DNA from: Candidatus Binatia bacterium
GTDB taxonomy: Bacteria > Desulfobacterota > Binatia > HRBIN30
Assembly (NCBI GenBank): GCA_038245295.1
Contig: JBBRSP010000050.1
Span: 1-22,575, forward strand
Length of the DNA: 22,575 bases
Direction: 5' to 3'
This document shows positions 17,117 to 22,575 of the stretch, piece after piece; position 1 is the stretch's first letter; each line of letters opens with the position of its first letter. The position numbers and the translations under genes are program-made. The notes beneath the pieces were generated by a model, which was given only the letters and a program-made list of their open reading frames with translations, made no database searches and was not told the DNA's origin.

Positions 17117-18760
17117 ATGACCACACCGCATCGCACCCACGAGGTTCTGAACCAGGCACCGCCGCTCGGCGACTACAACCTCTTCACGGCCGACCAGCCG
17201 CTGCGCCAGGCGCTGCGACGCGAGCACGCCGATTGGGCTGACGCGCGCGCCGTCGAGCTTGGCGGCATGCTGTCCGGCGAACCGATGCAGTGGGGCGTGC
17301 AAGCGAACACCTATCCGCCGGTGCTGCGCACCCACGATCGCTACGGCTACCGCGTCGACGAAGTCGACTTCCATCCCGCCTGGCATTCGCTGATGCGGCA
17401 GGCGGTCAAACACGAGTTACACGCCCTGCCCTGGCGCGATCCGCGACCGGGGGCACACGTGGCGCGTGCCGCACTGTTCTATCTGCAGTCGCAAGCGGAG
17501 GCCGGGCACGGTTGTCCGATCTCGATGACCTACTCGGCCATCCCGGCGCTGCGCCTGCAACCGGACGTCGCCGCCGAGTGGGAGCCGCGCATCGTCTCGA
17601 ACGACTATGATCCGCGCTTCCTGCCATCGACGGACAAGCGCGGCGCGTTGTGCGGCATGGCGATGACCGAGAAACAGGGCGGCTCCGATGTACGCGCCAA
17701 CACGACGCGCGCCGTGGCGCTCGGCGCGGGTGGTCCCGGCGGCGAGTACGCCATCACCGGACACAAGTGGTTCTGCTCGGCACCGATGTGTGACGCCTTC
17801 CTCATGCTGGCCCACACCCCCAAGGGTCTCTCCTGCTTCCTGCTGCCGCGCTGGTTGCCGGATGGCACGAAGAATCAGTTCTTCATCCAGCGTCTGAAAG
17901 ACAAGCTCGGCAACAAGTCGAATGCCTCCAGCGAAATCGAGCTCGACGGTGCCTGGGCACGCATGATCGGCGAAGACGGGCGTGGTGTCCCGACCATCAT
18001 CGAGATGGTCAACCACACCCGACTCGACTGTGTCATCGGCGTCGCCGCCAACCTGCGGCAATCGCTCGTCCAGGCGATCCACCATACGCAGCACCGCGCG
18101 GCGTTCGGAAAGCGGCTGATCGAGCAGCCGCTCATGCAGAACGTGCTCGCCGATCTGAGTCTCGAATCGGAAGCCGCCACCGTTTTGATGATGCGTCTGG
18201 CACGCATCTACGATGAAGCGACACGCGACGAGTCAAAGCGCCCCTTCGCCCGCCTGGCCACGGCCGTCTCGAAGTACTGGGTCTGCAAGCGTGCCTCGGT
18301 TACGGTTGCCGAAGCGCTCGAGTGCCTCGGCGGATCTGGCTACGTCGAAGAATCGCTCATGCCGCGCCTCTATCGCGAAGCACCCCTCAACGGCATCTGG
18401 GAAGGCTCGGGTAACGTCATCGCTCTCGACGTACTGAAAGCGGCCGGCCGCAGCCCTGAATCCGTCGAGGCCTTCTTCGCGGAGGTCGGCCTAGCGCACG
18501 GCGAGCCACACCTCGATCGCTACGTCGACGCCCTACGCACCGACATCGCCAACACCGAGGATCTCGAGATGCGGGCACGGCATCTCGTCGAACGTATGGC
18601 GTTGGCACTGCAGGCGTCGTTGCTCATCCGCCACAGCGACAACGCCGTCGCCGATGCCTTCGTGGCGTCGCGCCTGGCCGGTGAACACGGCATGGCTTTC
18701 GGAACGCTCCCGCCGCGCACCAACTTTGGCGCCATCCTCGAACGTCAGTGGCCGGCGTAA
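17117..18760 (+). CDS. aidB: AidB-like acyl-CoA dehydrogenase
   Basis: THEVLNQAPPL, GHGCPISMT, MAMTEKQGGSDVRAN, GHKWFCSAPMCDAF, REAPLNGIWEGSGNV. GAGGA RBS. Confidence 0.88.
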   Translation: MTTPHRTHEVLNQAPPLGDYNLFTADQPLRQALRREHADWADARAVELGGMLSGEPMQWGVQANTYPPVLRTHDRYGYRVDEVDFHPAWHSLMRQAVKHELHALPWRDPRPGAHVARAALFYLQSQAEAGHGCPISMTYSAIPALRLQPDVAAEWEPRIVSNDYDPRFLPSTDKRGALCGMAMTEKQGGSDVRANTTRAVALGAGGPGGEYAITGHKWFCSAPMCDAFLMLAHTPKGLSCFLLPRWLPDGTKNQFFIQRLKDKLGNKSNASSEIELDGAWARMIGEDGRGVPTIIEMVNHTRLDCVIGVAANLRQSLVQAIHHTQHRAAFGKRLIEQPLMQNVLADLSLESEAATVLMMRLARIYDEATRDESKRPFARLATAVSKYWVCKRASVTVAEALECLGGSGYVEESLMPRLYREAPLNGIWEGSGNVIALDVLKAAGRSPESVEAFFAEVGLAHGEPHLDRYVDALRTDIANTEDLEMRARHLVERMALALQASLLIRHSDNAVADAFVASRLAGEHGMAFGTLPPRTNFGAILERQWPA

Positions 18761-18856
18761 GTCGTAGGGCGTAGAGCGCCGGGGCTCGGGCGTATTCTTG
18801 GACCGTCGGGCGTTTTCTCCAGTGCGGGAATCGAATCGGCACACGCCCAGGCCTGG

Positions 18857-18888
18857 GGAACTTGGGGACGTTCCCCAATTCCGTCTCC
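18857..18888 (+). repeat. REP-like hairpin GGAACTTGGGG-ACGTT-CCCCAATTCC
   Basis: Imperfect palindrome. Its 3' 17 nt TCCCCAATTCCGTCTCC (18872-18888) recur exactly at 19327-19343. Confidence 0.7.
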
Positions 18889-19132
18889 ATAAGCCGCAAA
18901 TGACAGACTCGCCGGCGGTGAGCGCACTACGCAAGCGGATGGCAGCCTAGAGGGCAAAGAGATTTACAAAGAGCGCTCGCAGCTGAGCGAGCGGGTCAAC
19001 GCGGACGTCCGGACGTATCGGACAATGGACCGAATGCTGGTGCGCGGTACCGGCAAGGTCCTGTACATCGCATTATGGAATGCGTTGGCGCTCAATCTCA
19101 TGCGATGGTTTGCGCTGGCATCGATCAGCTGA
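18888..19132 (+). pseudogene. 5'-truncated, frameshifted IS1182-family transposase C-terminus
   Basis: Manual translation: HKPQMTDSPAVSALRKRM, frameshift near 18941, then SLEGKEIYKERSQLSERVNADVRTYRTMDRMLVRGTGKVLYIALWNALALNLMRW...TGA 19130-19132. Fits the Y..R...E..N / RG..KV / A.NL.R pattern. Confidence 0.8.
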
Positions 19133-19323
19133 GAGGCTCTCAGGTCCCGAGACTAACCCCTCAGGGTGCAATAGAGATCCGCCAAGGGTCGCTAGGGATG
19201 CGGGCAGGCGATTCTCGCGCCAAGCTCACGGCGCTCAGCCATTTCGGGCATGCGCTTCCAAATAGGCGGCTCAGGGGACGCGTTCACCAGAGCCAGGGAA
19301 AACGGGATTCTTTCACAAGCTTT
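18888..19323 (+). mobile_element. IS1182-like element, right part and right end
   Basis: Transposase tail, then 191-nt non-coding region ending TTCTTTCACAAGCTTT; homologous to 22444-22575 in inverted orientation. Confidence 0.75.
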
Positions 19324-19355
19324 ACGTCCCCAATTCCGTCTCCCAACCTCCGAGC

Positions 19356-19447
19356 AGCAACCCTGTCCCGCCTTCCGCCCGTCTTCGGTCTTTCATTGGC
19401 TCCGCCTGGAAGGCCCGGACCTTGGGAAGCAACCCTGCCCCCCTTCC
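19356..19447 (+). repeat. Two direct copies of AGCAACCCTG(T/C)CCC..CCTTCC
   Basis: 19356-19376 AGCAACCCTGTCCCGCCTTCC and 19428-19447 AGCAACCCTGCCCCCCTTCC. Confidence 0.6.
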
Positions 19448-19462
19448 CCAGGTCGGCTCTGC

Positions 19463-21160
19463 CTAGTATGAAGCGCTCCCTTCGCACTGGCTCAGCGTGT
19501 TGTTGACCGCGGTGACGACTTGGTCGATTGAGACCTCATCGTCGACATTTGCGTAGCCTCGACAGGAATTCACATTCGCACTGCCGAGCGCGATGTTCAC
19601 CAAGTTCAGGATCTCGTCGACCGTGACTAGACCGTCGGTATCACAATCACCCAGACAGGCTGCCCCCTGCACCTCGTAGGCACCAATGTCGACGTGAGAA
19701 CCCGAGAGGCGCGTCATCCCGAGTTGATCCGTGGTGAGAATAAACGGTGCCCCGGTTACCGCGTCGCCTCCTGCGTTGATCGCGGGACTTCGCCCGGTGC
19801 ACGTTGGGTGAGGTGTTGCCCAGCCGGTACACAGCGGCATCGTCTCAGTGGGGCCGCCCCAATACCCGAGAGGTGCCAGGTACGGAACGACGAACGAGTC
19901 GGGGATCGGAAAGCATGTGCCGTCGGTGCTGAGATTGTGTCCACCATCCACCACCGCATGAGCGCAGTTCTGGCTGATGACGCTATTGGTGTAGCGATCG
20001 ATAGCGGTGTTGTACGCGATGATCGTATTGATCATCGTTGCGGCGCCGCGGATACCACCTCCGCCGCCTAGACTGTCAGCGCCCACCGAGTTCCCGCTGA
20101 CTGTGCAGTTGATCAAGGTCACCATGCCGCTGTAATTCACGATGCCACCGCCGCCACCCTCCGCATGGTTACCGGCCACGGTACAGTTGGTCAGTGTCAC
20201 TTGGCCGAAGTTCTCGATCGCACCGCCTTCGTAATCGTCGCCCACAACGTTGTCGTTTAGCGTGCTGTTGACCAGGAACATCGTGCCTGAGTTTGCGATG
20301 GCGCCACCACCGCAGTCATCTTCGACAGAATTGCCACTCAACCTGCAGTCGATCAGTGTCATCATCCCGGCATTGTAGATCGCCCCACCGGCTCCGCCGC
20401 CGCCGGTTGAATTTCCACTAAGGTTGCTGCGAACGAGGGTCATACTGCCCGCATTCAGGATGGCACCACCGTGACTCCCGATTGTGTCGTCGGTCGCGTT
20501 TGTGGTCGCTGTGAAGTCAGTAAGAGTCGCCGCTCCACCGTTGAATACGGCACCACCACCGGATCCCGAGTTGTCCTTCAGCGTGCAGCCCGTGACCGCC
20601 ATTGTGCCCATATTGGCGATGGCGCCCCCCTTGTGCCCATACGGCACGAAGTTGCCGCTAAACGTACACTTGTTCAGCGTAATGGTTGCCTCCGCCGCGA
20701 TGGCGAGCCCACCACCACCATCACCATCGGTCTGGTCGACAACGCCACCATTCTGAATTGCCAGATTCGAAAAGACGACTGTTCCCGCTTTGAGGTTGAA
20801 GATCCGCGTCGAGTGGTTGTTCCCGTCTATGACCAGGTGAGTATCAGCGGGACCGCTGATCGTTACGTCCTTGGTGATTGCTAGTTCGGCGCTGGTCGTC
20901 AGTGTAATCGTCGTGAAGTACCCGAGACTGATATGGTTGAACCTAATCGCGTCACCGGAGCCGGTTCCGGCGACGCAATCGCCGCTAGTGGTGTCGGCCG
21001 CTACATTGACATTGGCAACCGCCTCGCGCAGCGTGCACTGCCTATCGCCAGCAAAGGTGTTGTCGCCAACGCTATTGACGATGATCGTTGCGGCGCTCGC
21101 TGCACACGGGCCCACCCCGATCCATATGACCAGCACTGCGGCGCTGACGCATTCCTTCAC
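19463..21160 (-). CDS. Secreted CSLREA-domain / GGAI-repeat beta-helix protein with choice-of-anchor Q region and C-terminal dockerin/EF-hand-like domain
   Basis: Signal peptide (ASA-ATIIVNS); CTLREAV; repeated N...GGAI.N.G; GGPTET..SPAINAG..TDQ.G..R...VDIGAYE; CLGDCDTDGLVTVDEILNLVNIALG. Start GTG 21160 (GAGG upstream) or ATG 21196. Confidence 0.88.
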   Translation of the reverse strand: MKECVSAAVLVIWIGVGPCAASAATIIVNSVGDNTFAGDRQCTLREAVANVNVAADTTSGDCVAGTGSGDAIRFNHISLGYFTTITLTTSAELAITKDVTISGPADTHLVIDGNNHSTRIFNLKAGTVVFSNLAIQNGGVVDQTDGDGGGGLAIAAEATITLNKCTFSGNFVPYGHKGGAIANMGTMAVTGCTLKDNSGSGGGAVFNGGAATLTDFTATTNATDDTIGSHGGAILNAGSMTLVRSNLSGNSTGGGGAGGAIYNAGMMTLIDCRLSGNSVEDDCGGGAIANSGTMFLVNSTLNDNVVGDDYEGGAIENFGQVTLTNCTVAGNHAEGGGGGIVNYSGMVTLINCTVSGNSVGADSLGGGGGIRGAATMINTIIAYNTAIDRYTNSVISQNCAHAVVDGGHNLSTDGTCFPIPDSFVVPYLAPLGYWGGPTETMPLCTGWATPHPTCTGRSPAINAGGDAVTGAPFILTTDQLGMTRLSGSHVDIGAYEVQGAACLGDCDTDGLVTVDEILNLVNIALGSANVNSCRGYANVDDEVSIDQVVTAVNNTLSQCEGSASY

Positions 21161-21523
21161 GGAACGGTTGTACCTCGCCAAAATTCCATACGCCATGTTT
21201 TGAGCGAAGAACCAAGCAGCTTATAGAAAGCGGCAGGGGACCGTCCTCGCCTGTGCGTCCCGAAAACTCGATCGCCTTGAGATTACAAGAATAATCGTAC
21301 GGGTCCTACGGCGGTGACAAAAATGTCACCTGCTCGCGTCGGGCTCATGATTGTCGCTGGATTTCATGATGATCGAGTTTTCGGGACGGACAGTCGCCCA
21401 AACGACATCGGCCTAATGCGCTGTCCGACGATGGAGCGGCTTGCGTCCACGCGCCCAACGGTGACATACGCTTGCGCCAGAGGGGTCGGTGCCGATCAAC
21501 GCAACGCAGGGGTTGGCTTGGCG

Positions 21524-22372
21524 ATGAGTCCATTCACGCGTTTGGTTCTGGGCAGCGTGTGTGTGGGCCTCTTCGCCTGCGGGTCAGGCACCAGTGAGAA
21601 GCCGCCGGCGCTGTCATGGACACCGACGCCATCGAGGACACCGACGCCCGCTTGCGTGCCGACAGCGCGCCCGTACTGCAACGACTTCTGTGACTGTCCG
21701 CCACCCCCGACTGGCTGCTCGGCCACGTGCTCGTTGTGCACGTCCTGTTCTCCGACGGCGACGACAACCTCGATTCCGATTCGAACTCCGACGCGGACTC
21801 CGTTCAACACACCTACTTGCGCCGCCACGCCAACTTGCCCACCGTTCTTGGAGCCGATCTGCTTGCATCCAGATCCCAACGGCTGTCCCACGGGCTGTGG
21901 CTGCGATGGACCAGCCACTCCGATGCCGGCTCCATCCCCGTGCTTTGAATCCGTCGGTGGCTGCTGCGACTTCGGTGGGCGGCGAGCGTGTTATCAATTG
22001 AGAGAAGGCGGAGATGAATCACGTTGCAAGTTTACCGACGGTGGCAATCCGATTGGATGCGCATACGACGTCACCTGCAACTCGTCGACCGGACGCTGCG
22101 AACCGGTTCCGACGCCTTCGACTACTCCGCCACGGGCGACCGCAACACCGACGGTCATGGCGACACAAAGCCCGACATTCAGGGCTTCACCAACCTGCGC
22201 ACCGATGGTCACGCCGACGGACATTCCGTGCAAGACCTGTACTGGGGAGTTTTGCACAGTGTCTGGGCACCTGGGTTACTGTAACAAGTTCCCCGGATTT
22301 CCATGTCTCTGTGACGCCGGGCGAACTCCGTCGGGGCCCCAGCCGTCTCCCACTTGCGCGGCGTCAAACTAG
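21524..22372 (+). CDS. Cys-rich, Pro/Thr-linker modular lipoprotein of unknown function
   Basis: MSPFTRLVLGSVCVGLFAC lipobox; 30 further Cys in four clusters separated by PT-rich linkers. The start is uncertain (ORF open from 21314). Confidence 0.7.
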   Translation: MSPFTRLVLGSVCVGLFACGSGTSEKPPALSWTPTPSRTPTPACVPTARPYCNDFCDCPPPPTGCSATCSLCTSCSPTATTTSIPIRTPTRTPFNTPTCAATPTCPPFLEPICLHPDPNGCPTGCGCDGPATPMPAPSPCFESVGGCCDFGGRRACYQLREGGDESRCKFTDGGNPIGCAYDVTCNSSTGRCEPVPTPSTTPPRATATPTVMATQSPTFRASPTCAPMVTPTDIPCKTCTGEFCTVSGHLGYCNKFPGFPCLCDAGRTPSGPQPSPTCAASN

Positions 22373-22443
22373 CAGCCTGTCGGACTTTGTAGGCCCAAAC
22401 TGCTGGTTGTGATAGATGAACGGCAGCGAGCGATGACGGCAAA
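22369..22443. mobile_element. Possible IS terminal stub CTAG|CAGCCTGTCGGACTT
   Basis: Resembles IS5/IS1182-type termini at CTAG targets as I recall them (unverified). Interrupted after about 70 nt. Confidence 0.35.
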
Positions 22444-22451
22444 GGGGACGT

Positions 22452-22575
22452 GAAGCTTGTGAAAGAATCCCGTTTTCCCTGGCTCTGGTGAACGCGTTCC
22501 CTGAACCGCCCATTGGAAAGCCCGAGCCCGAAATATCTGTGCGCGGTGAACGTGGCGCGAAGATCGCCTGTCCGC
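22452..22575 (-). mobile_element. Right end of a second IS1182-like element, truncated by window edge
   Basis: Reverse complement of 22444-22575 aligns without gaps to 19200-19331 with 114/132 identities by manual count. Confidence 0.8.

Noticed and set aside
19075..19506. ORF 19075-19506 and nested ORFs
   Set aside because: They span the IS tail and repeats in frames other than the transposase relic.

Overview
High-GC bacterial chromosomal window with about 16 protein genes. A C-terminal 'CxGDCDxDGxVTVDE..VNIALG' domain suggests Candidatus Binatia-like origin (inference). Left to right: a small MITE and a degenerate ATGGGTGTCCCG repeat cluster; a minus-strand trio (beta-helix lipoprotein, tandem Rid/FkbO-Hyg5-like protein, exported CxxCH beta-propeller/TPR protein); an 86-aa N+C-terminal fusion remnant of a molybdopterin oxidoreductase; a rhomboid lacking its catalytic His; a Rieske-less CMAH/Rv3818-like MBL protein divergent from an LLM monooxygenase; a minus-strand acyl-CoA/lipid block (ferredoxin:thioredoxin reductase-like gene, HSL esterase, CaiB CoA-transferase, family I CoA-transferase); a small secreted protein; prfC; an AidB-like dehydrogenase. 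The right end is an accessory island of two divergent secreted/surface proteins between two inverted IS1182-like right ends, both adjoining an ACGTCCCC motif. The most unusual signal is a recurring family of short 'TCCC/CCCC'-ended motifs lying with the same polarity against truncated IS fragments and short tail duplications, possibly the footprint of a polar cleavage/landing-pad system. No rRNA, tRNA or CRISPR array was seen. All family assignments come from motif recognition by eye, not database searches.
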